Source: an uncultured Gammaproteobacteria bacterium
GTDB lineage: Bacteria; Patescibacteriota; Microgenomatia; Levybacterales; UBA12049
Length of the DNA stretch: 64,000 nucleotides
Direction: 5' to 3'
Assembly (NCBI GenBank): GCA_964512695.1
Contig: CAZEJU010000003.1
Coordinates: 9,897 to 73,896 of the forward strand
Part shown: piece by piece, positions 49,643 to 59,782 of the stretch
How the letters are laid out: each line of letters begins with the position of its first letter
Numbering within the stretch: position 1 is the stretch's first letter
Notes under the pieces: generated by a model
Told to the model about the DNA's origin: nothing
Seen by the model: only the letters and a program-made list of their open reading frames with translations
The model's database searches: none
Made by a program: the position numbers and the translations under genes

Positions 49643-50401
49643 TTATTTTTTCTTCGCTGCTATAAAAAGATAAGGACCTTTTTTCGTATTCTGTTGTGTT
49701 TCTCGTAAAATAACAGACTCCAAATTCCCTAAATATTTTTCTTTTTTTGGAAAAAGAACCCATCTATTAAATATTTTTTTTGTGAGTAGAGAACTAACAC
49801 TTAAATAATGACTGATATCAAAAAGCCACATGATTTTTTTATTATCTAAATAATGTTGAAATTCTATAATTTCTAAGTTATTCGTTTCAAGTTTTTTACT
49901 CCAGGTTTTAACGCTATACATGTTGTAATGTTTCGATTTCTTAACAAAAAACCTTTTGTAAAAGTTGCCTAAGAAGAGGCTACCAAATAAATATTTAGGC
50001 CAGATATCTGTTACAGTTGTAAAATATAGCATCCCTCCTTTTTTTAGTACTCTTGCTGTCTCTAAGAGTACTTCATCGATATTCGAGATATGCTCATATG
50101 TAGAATTACAAACGATTGTATTAAATGTAGCCTTAGGATACGGTATTACCTTACCATCATAGGGTTTAATTTCTTTATACACCTTTCTTTTTTTAGCTTC
50201 TTTTATTGCTGAGCCATTGGGATCAATTCCTGCATCTACTTGGTCAAAAGCAACCTCTGCAAAAAAACCATCTCCACAACCCAAATCGAGTACTGGTTTT
50301 TTAAAAGGTTTATACTTTTGATATAAACTTACTTCTTTAGGTCTAACAATGGAGAAGAAAAATGGTTTTTCTTTAAGAAATGCTTTTAAGTAACTCTTCA
50401 T
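49643..50401 (-). CDS. Class I SAM-dependent methyltransferase
   Basis: VLDLGCGDG, NS..EHI, RVLKKGG. Confidence 0.9.
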   Translation of the reverse strand: MKSYLKAFLKEKPFFFSIVRPKEVSLYQKYKPFKKPVLDLGCGDGFFAEVAFDQVDAGIDPNGSAIKEAKKRKVYKEIKPYDGKVIPYPKATFNTIVCNSTYEHISNIDEVLLETARVLKKGGMLYFTTVTDIWPKYLFGSLFLGNFYKRFFVKKSKHYNMYSVKTWSKKLETNNLEIIEFQHYLDNKKIMWLFDISHYLSVSSLLTKKIFNRWVLFPKKEKYLGNLESVILRETQQNTKKGPYLFIAAKKK

Positions 50402-51515
50402 AAAAAACAATTGTATCACGGAAAGAAAATGTTTTCATTAAAGTTTTTCTACTTCTCATATATTTTTTTTTGTTTTTAAATATAATAGCTATTTTATATG
50501 CAATATCTTCACTATTTTTTGGTTCTACTAACTCACCCATACCAGTAACGCTAATAGGTACTCTGACGCCTGGCAAATCGGAAGCAACGACAGGCACACC
50601 TGAAAACATAGCCTCAACTTGAACCATTCCAAATGCTTCTGTAGAGTTAATGCTCGGTAGAACCAAAACATCTATCTGTTTATAGAAAGTTTTCATCTCT
50701 TCAGGTGAAATAGCGCCCACAAAAACTATGTTTCTTTTATATTTCTTAATTAATGGTTGCATGCGAATCCAGTACTTATCTTCACCTGCCGGATGTTCAG
50801 GACCAGCAAATACGATAATAAAATTATCTCCTAGTTGTTTTTTAAGGAAAGGTATTGACTCTATTAAAAACTCAAAACCTTTTTCAGCTGCGAACCTTGC
50901 TGCTACTCCAATTACATATTTATTATCTGCTATCTTCTCTGATAATTCCTTCTTTAATTTTTTATTTTCTGTTCCTGTGAAAGGAATTGGGGGATATACG
51001 TAGACAGTTTTATGTAGAAAAAATTTTAAGGTTCTTGAATGTTGTGCATAATCTTTAGTATATGTGATTATTTTCTCTGCAAACAGTAATGTAATATAGT
51101 GAGAAACATCTAAAAAAAATTTAACTATCAGGTTAATAAAGCCTTTCGGAAGAATAACATCACAATGATAAATACAGTAGAATTTCTTTCTTTGTAAAAA
51201 ACAAAAGAGAGAAGTAATACAGCCTTCAAATTGAGGTAGATGAGAAATGACAACTGAAGATTTGTTAATGTTTTTCCAACTTTCTATAAAAAATTTAGGC
51301 ATAAAAAAACCTTTATGTAATTTTATAAAATAAGGTACTCTTTTAATCTGAACATTGTTAACCTCCTCAATAAGGGGGATTTTTTTGTCATGTTGGGTAG
51401 TAAGAACCGTTATTGAATACTTTCTTTTTGCTAAACTTTCTGCTAAACGACTCGCATAAATGGTAAGTCCAGAAATATAAGGGGTATAATACGTGATCGT
51501 AAAAAGAACGTTCAT
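50373..51515 (-). CDS. GT4 glycosyltransferase
   Basis: EKG, LPS...EAFGMVQVEAM..G.PVVAS. Confidence 0.92.
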   Translation of the reverse strand: MNVLFTITYYTPYISGLTIYASRLAESLAKRKYSITVLTTQHDKKIPLIEEVNNVQIKRVPYFIKLHKGFFMPKFFIESWKNINKSSVVISHLPQFEGCITSLFCFLQRKKFYCIYHCDVILPKGFINLIVKFFLDVSHYITLLFAEKIITYTKDYAQHSRTLKFFLHKTVYVYPPIPFTGTENKKLKKELSEKIADNKYVIGVAARFAAEKGFEFLIESIPFLKKQLGDNFIIVFAGPEHPAGEDKYWIRMQPLIKKYKRNIVFVGAISPEEMKTFYKQIDVLVLPSINSTEAFGMVQVEAMFSGVPVVASDLPGVRVPISVTGMGELVEPKNSEDIAYKIAIIFKNKKKYMRSRKTLMKTFSFRDTIVFYEELLKSIS

Positions 51516-51550
51516 GAAATTTTCTGAATGGAATCAATGTTATTTCTTAT

Positions 51551-52531
51551 CTATGTGACTAATTTCATTATTCCTTCACCTTTATTCGTTTTGGGTTGCC
51601 AGTGTAAAATTTCTTTTAATTTCGAGTTGTCTGATATATAAACATCCTGATCTCCTGGTCTTTTATCTTTAAAAACTGTTGTGATGTTCGTATGTAGTAT
51701 GTCTTTTAATTCTTCTATACTTTCTAAAAGAGAAATTGTATTTTCCTTTCCACCACCTATATTAAATATTTCACCTGCTACTTTACTCCTACACTTTATG
51801 GCAGCTTCATAAGCTTCGATAAGATCAGATATGTATAAGATATCGCGTACTTGGTATCCTGTTCCATAAATAGTAATTTTGTTCTTTTGTAAAGCCTTTA
51901 TCACAAAATGTGCTAACCAACCTTGATCTTCTATTCCAAATTGGTGTTCACCATAAATGCAAGACTGTCGAAAAACTAATGTAGGTATATCATAAATTCT
52001 TGCATAATCGCGAACATACTGATCTGCTGCGCCTTTAGAACAACCATATGGTGAATAGAAATCTAATGGTTGTTGCTCGGAGATACCATTTGGGTATGTA
52101 ATATCTATATATCTTTTATCTGTATGTTTAATAGTTCCTTTAGAGTTACCATATACTTTATTTGTAGAGCTATAGATTATTAGTGGTTTATGTTTTGCTA
52201 AACGGGCTTGTTCTAAAATATTAAAAGTACCCAAAACATTCACTTCAAAATCATATCTTGGATCTTTAATCGAAGTAGTTACCGCTACTTGACCAGCTAA
52301 ATGAATAATTACTTCATTTTCTTTTATATACTGTTTTATGGAAGAAGCATCTCGGATATCTGCCGTAATTATTTTAACTTTAGGAAATAAAGCAGCAATA
52401 TGTTGGGCATTTAAAGGTGTCCCTTTCCGGGAAAAATTGTCAAGGATTGTAACATCATGACCGTTTTCTAAAAAAAAAAGCGCTGTATTAGTACCTATAA
52501 AACCTGCTCCTCCAGTGATTAAAATTTTCAT
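51551..52531 (-). CDS. NAD-dependent sugar epimerase (CDP-tyvelose 2-epimerase/RfbE-like), probably with a premature TAG
   Basis: TGGAGFIG, HLAGQVAVTTS, STNKVYG, PYGCSKG, EDQGW. Confidence 0.88.
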   Translation of the reverse strand: MKILITGGAGFIGTNTALFFLENGHDVTILDNFSRKGTPLNAQHIAALFPKVKIITADIRDASSIKQYIKENEVIIHLAGQVAVTTSIKDPRYDFEVNVLGTFNILEQARLAKHKPLIIYSSTNKVYGNSKGTIKHTDKRYIDITYPNGISEQQPLDFYSPYGCSKGAADQYVRDYARIYDIPTLVFRQSCIYGEHQFGIEDQGWLAHFVIKALQKNKITIYGTGYQVRDILYISDLIEAYEAAIKCRSKVAGEIFNIGGGKENTISLLESIEELKDILHTNITTVFKDKRPGDQDVYISDNSKLKEILHWQPKTNKGEGIMKLVT

Positions 52532-52670
52532 ATACAATAAGTTATTCTAGCAAAAACATATCATGAATTATATACACCTTCTATTCAAATTTATAGATAT
52601 GTATCATAGATTCAGAAGTCTAGCTTAGACACTGCAAATCTGTAGTCGAGTGGTATATAATAACCTAATC

Positions 52671-53210
52671 ATGAGAATAGGATTTGACCTAGATAATATT
52701 TTTATTAATCACCCGCCCTTTATTCCAGGCAGTATAATTGAACGGTTATATCGGAAAAAAACAAATGGGTCTTTAGAGTATAGAATACCATCTCACTATG
52801 AACAGTTTGTCCGTCGAATTTCGCACGCAGCTTTTTTACGTCCACCTATCAAAAGTAATCTAGAGATTCTCAGCTCTATTCAAAAGAATAAACATTTATT
52901 ATATCTTGTCTCAAGTCGATTCGGTTTTTTGAAAAAACCGACAGAACAGTTAGTTAAAAAATATAAATTGAACTCATTGTTTTCCGAACTGTATTTTAAC
53001 TTTCATAATAAACAACCTCATGAATTTAAGGATGAAATTATTAGAAAGCTTAAAATCGATATATATATTGATGATGATTTATACCTGTTGAAATATATTG
53101 CAGGTAAAAATAATAAAGTAAAATTATTCTGGCTGAACAACAAAAATAATAAAAGAATAAGTCAAAATATAACCGCTATTACATCCCTAAAAGATATCTT
53201 TAAAGAGTAG
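52671..53210 (+). CDS. HAD-like nucleotidase-family protein
   Basis: IGFDLD, VSSR, K, YIDDD. Confidence 0.7.
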   Translation: MRIGFDLDNIFINHPPFIPGSIIERLYRKKTNGSLEYRIPSHYEQFVRRISHAAFLRPPIKSNLEILSSIQKNKHLLYLVSSRFGFLKKPTEQLVKKYKLNSLFSELYFNFHNKQPHEFKDEIIRKLKIDIYIDDDLYLLKYIAGKNNKVKLFWLNNKNNKRISQNITAITSLKDIFKE

Positions 53211-53215
53211 ACAAT

Positions 53216-55837
53216 ATGATTTCCAGTGACTTTTTATTTATTATTCAATGGTGGATTCTTCTTTTTCTCCTAGGCATTTTGTTCATACCTTTGACTGTGA
53301 AGCTTTTTTCTAACTTTTGGGATAAAGGATATGCTTTTTCTAAAGTTCTAGGTATCATTCTCTCAAGTTATACGATATTTCTTCTAGGCGTTCTAAAAAT
53401 AGTTCCTTTTACAACTTTCACTATTTACCTAGTATTTTTAGTCCTAGGTATTACTTTATTTGTCAAGTTCAGAAACTTTAGGCAAGAAATATTTGACAAA
53501 AAGATAATTAGGATCTGGTTTTTTGAAGAAATACTCTTCTTTTTGGGCCTTTGGTGGTGGTCTATAGTACGTGCATATAACCCTGAAATCTTTGGATTAG
53601 AAAAATATATGGATTTTGGATTTGTTAACACTATCCTTCGCTCAACATATTTTCCACCTATAGATATGTGGTATCCACCTGAACCCATAAATTATTACTA
53701 TTTCGGGCATCTCATGACAGCAGTCCTAACAAAAGCCTCAGCAATTCCTTCACACATAACTTACAATCTTATGATTGCTACACTTTTTGCTTTGACATTT
53801 ACTCAATCGTTTTCTCTAGGTAGTACCCTTATTAGAAAATTACATGATAAAACTTTTTCTATAAGAAAAGTAGTTCTAGGAGGAATACTCATTGCTTGTC
53901 TTATCACACTCGCTGGCAATTTACACGTTTTCTATGCATTTTTCAAACCATACGAAGCAGATAAACCAAAACCCTTTTGGGAACTAGAATTGTCTCTAAA
54001 AAATCCATGTTACCAAAAAGATTTTTATGAAAAAGATCTTGGTGACGGTACTTTTGAAACAGTTAACTGTTCTCTAGAAGATAAAAAAAAGGTTTCTTTA
54101 TTTCCAAATTCTTACTGGTATCCCAATGCTACCCGTTTTATTTACCACACTATTCATGAATTCCCTATATATTCTTGGGTAGTTGCAGACCTTCATGGAC
54201 ATGTTGCTGATATACCCACTGTTATTTTAAGTATTGCATTTCTTTTCGCTATTTTTCTTACTCATCAAGAAAAAATTAATAAAAAAGCATACACGAGATC
54301 CAAGAAGAATATCATTATTCATGTTTTAACTGTCAGTAAGGAATTTATATTTTTTGGATTTCTTCTCGCTATTATGTTTATGACAAATGCGTGGGATGCA
54401 TTGACATATCTTTTATTAGCGGGTTTATTGCTGCTGTATCTGCAATGGTATCGAACTGTTATTATAAAACAAGATAATATACACCCAGTACAGGTATTAG
54501 TTCCCTCTCTCAGTAACAAAAATCTGCAGAAATACTTCCATCACCATACTATTCTTAATATAGTAACTGGAGCAGCAGTTTATGGAATTGTAATATTATT
54601 TTCATTCTTTGTTTTTTCAAGACCATTTGCGATATTTTTTAATGCTTCTCAAATTGTGGGTGGTATAGGTGTACTTAATGTCCCTTCTTTTATGTTAGAA
54701 AAAAAATCTTTAGATCCTCAAAAAAAAGTCTACGGTCATGATCACCGTCCATTACTATCGAAAATAATTCTACCTGACCACTGCAGGAGTTTATTAACTC
54801 CTGAAGAAACAGATCTAATAACAACACAATATGAAACCAGAAAGATTGGGCCGTTTCTTTTTGAACCAGATCACTGTCTTCGTTCACCGTGGTGGCAATT
54901 ATTAATACTCTATGGATTTTTTTATTTTTTTGTAATTTCTCTAGGATTATTTCTTTGGAAAAAACAAAAAAATATTACTGATATTTTTATCTTTCTTCTT
55001 ATTATTGCTTCTTCTTTGTTAATTATTATTCCTGAGTTTTTTTACATGAAAGATATTTATCCTGATCATTATAGAGCTAACACTATGTTCAAGCTCGTCT
55101 TTCAAGCCTTTATCATGCTTTCTATCGTTTCAGGTTATACAATCTTCCGCATACTTTCTAAGAAAGATCTTTTACGAGCTTCTTTATATCGTAGAACTGC
55201 CTATGTACTTTTTCTTCTATGCTCGACGATTCTATTAACACTTGTATTTACCTATCCGTATTTTGCCATAACTTCTTACTATGCTGGTTATAAAGAGGAT
55301 ATCGATAAAACTATATGTACTACTTTCTCTCCTTATCTTATCTTTATGAAAATAATGACGAAGGAAGAACAGGAAAAATGTTCTTTGAAAACGTCGAAAT
55401 ACATTGGACTGAATGGTTTAATCTATTTAAAAAATCGAAACCTAGTTGATAAAGATGAAGATTTTAAAGCTATTATGTGGTTTAATCAACAAATCAAAGG
55501 TCAGCCTTTCATTCTTGAAGCACAAGGAGATTCTTATTCTGAATATCAACGTATATCATCAAATACTGGACTACCTACTGTTCTTGGATGGTATGTTCAC
55601 GAATGGTTATGGAGGGGAGAAAGCACACCTAAGCCTCGTGCAGATGATATTAAAACATTATATGAATCAGTTAATATACCTGAAACAAAACAATTACTTG
55701 AAAAGTATAGTATTCAATATGTTGTTATAGGTCGGCTGGAGAAAGAAAAGTACGCTAACATCTCTGTTCAAAAGTTTAAAGAACTGGGAAGGGAAGTGTT
55801 CAAAGTGGGGGATACGGTTATTTATGAAATTTTATAG
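53216..55837 (+). CDS. DUF2298 (YYY) membrane protein, GT-C-like
   Basis: EKYMD.GF, INYYYFGH, EFP.YS...DLHGH, N.WD, NTMFK, TGLPTVLGW..HE..WR. Confidence 0.88.
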   Translation: MISSDFLFIIQWWILLFLLGILFIPLTVKLFSNFWDKGYAFSKVLGIILSSYTIFLLGVLKIVPFTTFTIYLVFLVLGITLFVKFRNFRQEIFDKKIIRIWFFEEILFFLGLWWWSIVRAYNPEIFGLEKYMDFGFVNTILRSTYFPPIDMWYPPEPINYYYFGHLMTAVLTKASAIPSHITYNLMIATLFALTFTQSFSLGSTLIRKLHDKTFSIRKVVLGGILIACLITLAGNLHVFYAFFKPYEADKPKPFWELELSLKNPCYQKDFYEKDLGDGTFETVNCSLEDKKKVSLFPNSYWYPNATRFIYHTIHEFPIYSWVVADLHGHVADIPTVILSIAFLFAIFLTHQEKINKKAYTRSKKNIIIHVLTVSKEFIFFGFLLAIMFMTNAWDALTYLLLAGLLLLYLQWYRTVIIKQDNIHPVQVLVPSLSNKNLQKYFHHHTILNIVTGAAVYGIVILFSFFVFSRPFAIFFNASQIVGGIGVLNVPSFMLEKKSLDPQKKVYGHDHRPLLSKIILPDHCRSLLTPEETDLITTQYETRKIGPFLFEPDHCLRSPWWQLLILYGFFYFFVISLGLFLWKKQKNITDIFIFLLIIASSLLIIIPEFFYMKDIYPDHYRANTMFKLVFQAFIMLSIVSGYTIFRILSKKDLLRASLYRRTAYVLFLLCSTILLTLVFTYPYFAITSYYAGYKEDIDKTICTTFSPYLIFMKIMTKEEQEKCSLKTSKYIGLNGLIYLKNRNLVDKDEDFKAIMWFNQQIKGQPFILEAQGDSYSEYQRISSNTGLPTVLGWYVHEWLWRGESTPKPRADDIKTLYESVNIPETKQLLEKYSIQYVVIGRLEKEKYANISVQKFKELGREVFKVGDTVIYEIL

Positions 55838-56965
55838 AGCTTCTTCTGTAGGAATTGGAGTAACAGAACAATTATCGCTTCCATTTTTAATTAAACAGTT
55901 AACATAGGAGTGTATTTGAGAGTAATTATCACTTCCGAGACGAGGAACTATAACCCACTGATAGCCAAACTCTTCATTTGTTTGTGGATTAATGAATAAA
56001 CCTAGTGCTTCAGATTGTTCTCCTCCTACGTTTAATACAGCACTTTCGATCTTAGCTTCTCTCATCTTTTCTGCCAGTTTTACAAAATCATCATACTCTT
56101 CCTTCTTAATATCTGTATCAATACTATCTTGTATTATATCCACTAAACTAAGTACTTTTACAGGATTCAACACTGTACCTGCAGAAAAAATCTTATCTTT
56201 AAATGCCCTAATAACTCTTTCCTGTCTTTGACTTCTTGAGAAGTCGGAACCTTCTACACCTAAAGCGTGACGTGAACGCACATATTTCAATGCTGTTTCA
56301 CCATTCATTTGAGTTATACCTTTATCAAAATGAAGATGTTCATATCTGCATGGAAATGCTTCTAACTGTGCCTCTTCAGTAGCTCGTCTTTGGAACTCTT
56401 CATCTTTAAAGCCGCAATCATCTTCTTCCTTACCTGCAATAGGGTATTCATAATCATCAAATGTTCGTTCCACATCCACATCTATTCCTCCGATGGTATC
56501 AACAGCTTTTATAAAGCCATTAAAGTCTATACGAAAACCATAATCTATATGTTGGCCAAGAATTTCTGAGACTACTTTTTTTGCTTCTTGCAGACCAGAG
56601 CCTTTTTCTTTAGCCTCTGCGTAGGCATAAATAGTATTTATTTTTGCTCGTAGTCGAGAAACCCATAAATCGCGAGGTAGAGATATCAGCACTGCTTTTT
56701 TTGCTTCGGGGTCAATGCTAGCAAGAATGATCGTGTCCGTTAACAGAGGACCTTCATGTCTACCTCCTCCAATTCCGAGCAGAAGAATATTTATCCTTTG
56801 TTCCTTTGTTTTTTTTAATTCTATATTTTTATTAAATGTATATTCGTATACTGGGGTAATAAACTGAAAGATCTTCGTGATTAATAAAAATGCTCCTATT
56901 AAAAAAAGGAGTCCTAAAAGGAAAAAAATTCGTTCTCGTATTGGTTTTTTACGTTTTATGGGCAT
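55832..56965 (-). CDS. LCP (LytR-CpsA-Psr) family protein
   Basis: NILLLG, TDTI, S.PRD, AL.YVRSRH, DF.R..RQ. Confidence 0.93.
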   Translation of the reverse strand: MPIKRKKPIRERIFFLLGLLFLIGAFLLITKIFQFITPVYEYTFNKNIELKKTKEQRINILLLGIGGGRHEGPLLTDTIILASIDPEAKKAVLISLPRDLWVSRLRAKINTIYAYAEAKEKGSGLQEAKKVVSEILGQHIDYGFRIDFNGFIKAVDTIGGIDVDVERTFDDYEYPIAGKEEDDCGFKDEEFQRRATEEAQLEAFPCRYEHLHFDKGITQMNGETALKYVRSRHALGVEGSDFSRSQRQERVIRAFKDKIFSAGTVLNPVKVLSLVDIIQDSIDTDIKKEEYDDFVKLAEKMREAKIESAVLNVGGEQSEALGLFINPQTNEEFGYQWVIVPRLGSDNYSQIHSYVNCLIKNGSDNCSVTPIPTEEAL

Positions 56966-57053
56966 ATTCCAATAAAAATAGGTCTATAAGCAAATGAAAG
57001 TCTTATAAACCCAATTATACAATGTATTTATTCTTTCTTTGAAAAGGTAACTC

Positions 57054-57719
57054 TTACGAATTCAAAATAATATTAACGAATGAATCTGCATCTAGACTGG
57101 ATTTCCCGGGTAAAACTCCTGCTATATGATCTTTCTCTGTAAATGATCTCACATTTTCTCCAGTAACACTCCCACCATATATAATGTTTTCTATACCTTT
57201 ATTTGCGATTTCTAAAGCAACACGTTCTGCGTTATCTGGTGTATCGGCCTGACCTGTTCCTATAGCAAACAATGGTTCGTAAGCTACAATCTTTACTCCT
57301 GCTGGGATAGATGTCTCACTATCTTTGACACAGAAGATTGGAGTTAACCCATTTGCTAAAGCCATCGTAACTTTTTTAGCCAAGACTTCATCTGTTTCAG
57401 CAAAATTTTGTCTTCGTTCAGAATGTCCAATAATTACAAATGAACAGTATTCGCTAAGTTGTTTACCATTTATTGCACCTGTATAGGCACCTTCCCCAAA
57501 CGGAGAAATATCCTGCGCAGCAAGGTGTATATCTAAAGCATATTTTCCTATGAGAGATTTTGCTAATGGTAAAAAGAGATATGGAACGCAAATAACGGTT
57601 TTCTTAAATGCATCTTTTGCTATGAGATCTTTTTTATGAGCTATTTTTTCAAACCATTCCACGGTTTGCGAAGATGATTTATTTGACTTCCAATTCCCAA
57701 TAATATAAATATTTTTCAT
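57054..57719 (-). CDS. tpiA: Triosephosphate isomerase (short form)
   Basis: GNWK, GAYTG, GHSERR, AYEP..AIGTG, YGGSV. Confidence 0.95.
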   Translation of the reverse strand: MKNIYIIGNWKSNKSSSQTVEWFEKIAHKKDLIAKDAFKKTVICVPYLFLPLAKSLIGKYALDIHLAAQDISPFGEGAYTGAINGKQLSEYCSFVIIGHSERRQNFAETDEVLAKKVTMALANGLTPIFCVKDSETSIPAGVKIVAYEPLFAIGTGQADTPDNAERVALEIANKGIENIIYGGSVTGENVRSFTEKDHIAGVLPGKSSLDADSFVNIILNS

Positions 57720-57874
57720 ATGGTTTGCCTCTTCAACTTCTCAAAAAAATGCATATACCTAACGAAGCCTTGTTTGAATATTTAACTATATCATAGTTAT
57801 ACTTTTGACAGCTACGAAGGTACTTACTTGCTTTTGTAAATCAAAGCAAAGTGGTATACAATGCATTATACCTT

Positions 57875-59728
57875 ATGGAAAACCCCATCCTCAAGCAGGT
57901 GAATCATGAACAAAAACAAGCAATTCTTCACACTGATGGCCCGACAATAGTACTTGCAGGAGCAGGGTCTGGCAAGACTCGCGTATTAACATATAAAGTT
58001 TTATATTTAATTCTTGAGAAGCATGTCGATCCAGACACTATTCTTATGGTCACGTTTACCAATAAAGCAGCTAATGAAATGAAAGAACGTATTCAGTCTT
58101 TCTTTAAAAATTTACCTTTAGAGAAAACGTTTTCTACTCAACCTTTCATTTCTACATTCCACTCATTATGTGCTAAATTGTTGCGAAAAGAAGCAAAATA
58201 TCTTGGTTTTTCACCACATTTTGTTATTTACGATGATCAAGATCAATTAGATGCTATCAAAGAATGTATGAGTCGATTATCAATATCTCCCAAAGACACG
58301 AAACCAAATAGTGTCTTAGCTACTATTTCTCAAGCAAAAAATGAACTTGTTTCACCCGAAGATTATGGTTTGTTTGCCCGGGGAACATTTCAGCAGACTG
58401 TCGCGAAACTGTATACACAGTACCAGCAACTTCTGAGAGAACATGACGCAGTCGACTTTGATGATCTCATTTTTCATGTAGTAACTCTGTTTAAAACCTC
58501 ACCCCAAATCTTAGAAAAATATCAAAACCAGTTCCGGTATATTCTCATTGATGAATATCAAGATACTAATAGAGCACAATATGTTTTAACAAAAATGCTT
58601 GCACAAATTCATAATAATGTCTGTGTGGTCGGTGATTTCTCACAAAGTATTTATTCTTGGCGGGGAGCCGATTACAGAAATCTGTTACGGTTTAAAGAAG
58701 ATTTCCCGAATACGAAAACTTTTTCTTTATCACAAAACTATCGATCAACGCAGAAAATCCTCGATGGCGCTTCAACAGTTATTGCGAAAAACACATCGCA
58801 CCCAGTACTTTCACTCTGGACAGAAAATCCAAGCGGTGAGGAAATTGAAATTTATGAAGCCGTTAACGAACAAGATGAAGCAGATTTCATTATAAAGACA
58901 ATCTATTCTATAGGTATGAGCAAGTTAGACAGTATGGCTGTTCTCTATCGTACAAACGCACAATCTCGTGTAATTGAAGAAGCGTTTCTGCACCATGGTA
59001 TTCCTTATACACTGATAGGAGGAACCCGCTTTTATGAGCGTAAAGAGATTAAAGACGTACTATCATATTTACGTTTTTTTCGTAACCCAAAAGATATGAT
59101 TTCTTATAAGCGTTTAGAAAAAATAGGAAAAACAAGATTAAAAAAATTTCAAACCTTTAAAGAAGTAGCTGATCCAGAAGAAGAAAACCAAACAATTGAT
59201 ATTATGGACGAAATTATCAAAGTAACAAACTATTTAGATCTCTACGATGAGAATGATGAACAGGATAGAACGCGGCTTGAGAATATTAAAGAGCTTCGTT
59301 CAGTAGCTCTAGCCTTTCCTAGTCTTACAGATTTTCTCGAAAACGTTGCACTTGTTGAAAATGAATATATTACAGAAAAGACCGCAAATGAAGAGAAAAA
59401 AAATGCTATTACATTAATGACTCTTCATGCAGCAAAAGGCCTAGAATTCCCAATTATTTTTATGATTGGAATGGAAGAGGGGATATTCCCTCATAGTCGA
59501 TCACTTATGAATAGGGAAGAACTAGAAGAAGAACGGCGATTATGTTATGTAGGGATGACGCGTGCTAAAGAGAAGCTATATTTAACATATGCTAGAAGAA
59601 GAATATTTTTCGGTCAACGAACGAATAATTCCGTCTCTCGATTTATTTTCGATCTTCCTGAACACGTAATTAGTAAAAATTTTGAATATACTAAAGTTAA
59701 ACGTGAAGGTATGATGGACTACTTCTAA
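57875..59728 (+). CDS. pcrA: UvrD/PcrA ATP-dependent DNA helicase
   Basis: AGAGSGKT, DEYQD, QNYRS, TLHAAKGLEF, EERRLCYVG.TRA. Confidence 0.95.
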   Translation: MENPILKQVNHEQKQAILHTDGPTIVLAGAGSGKTRVLTYKVLYLILEKHVDPDTILMVTFTNKAANEMKERIQSFFKNLPLEKTFSTQPFISTFHSLCAKLLRKEAKYLGFSPHFVIYDDQDQLDAIKECMSRLSISPKDTKPNSVLATISQAKNELVSPEDYGLFARGTFQQTVAKLYTQYQQLLREHDAVDFDDLIFHVVTLFKTSPQILEKYQNQFRYILIDEYQDTNRAQYVLTKMLAQIHNNVCVVGDFSQSIYSWRGADYRNLLRFKEDFPNTKTFSLSQNYRSTQKILDGASTVIAKNTSHPVLSLWTENPSGEEIEIYEAVNEQDEADFIIKTIYSIGMSKLDSMAVLYRTNAQSRVIEEAFLHHGIPYTLIGGTRFYERKEIKDVLSYLRFFRNPKDMISYKRLEKIGKTRLKKFQTFKEVADPEEENQTIDIMDEIIKVTNYLDLYDENDEQDRTRLENIKELRSVALAFPSLTDFLENVALVENEYITEKTANEEKKNAITLMTLHAAKGLEFPIIFMIGMEEGIFPHSRSLMNREELEEERRLCYVGMTRAKEKLYLTYARRRIFFGQRTNNSVSRFIFDLPEHVISKNFEYTKVKREGMMDYF

Positions 59729-59782
59729 GATAGTAAATACAATAAAAAATAGTTATAAAAAAAATTATTTTATATATTCAAT

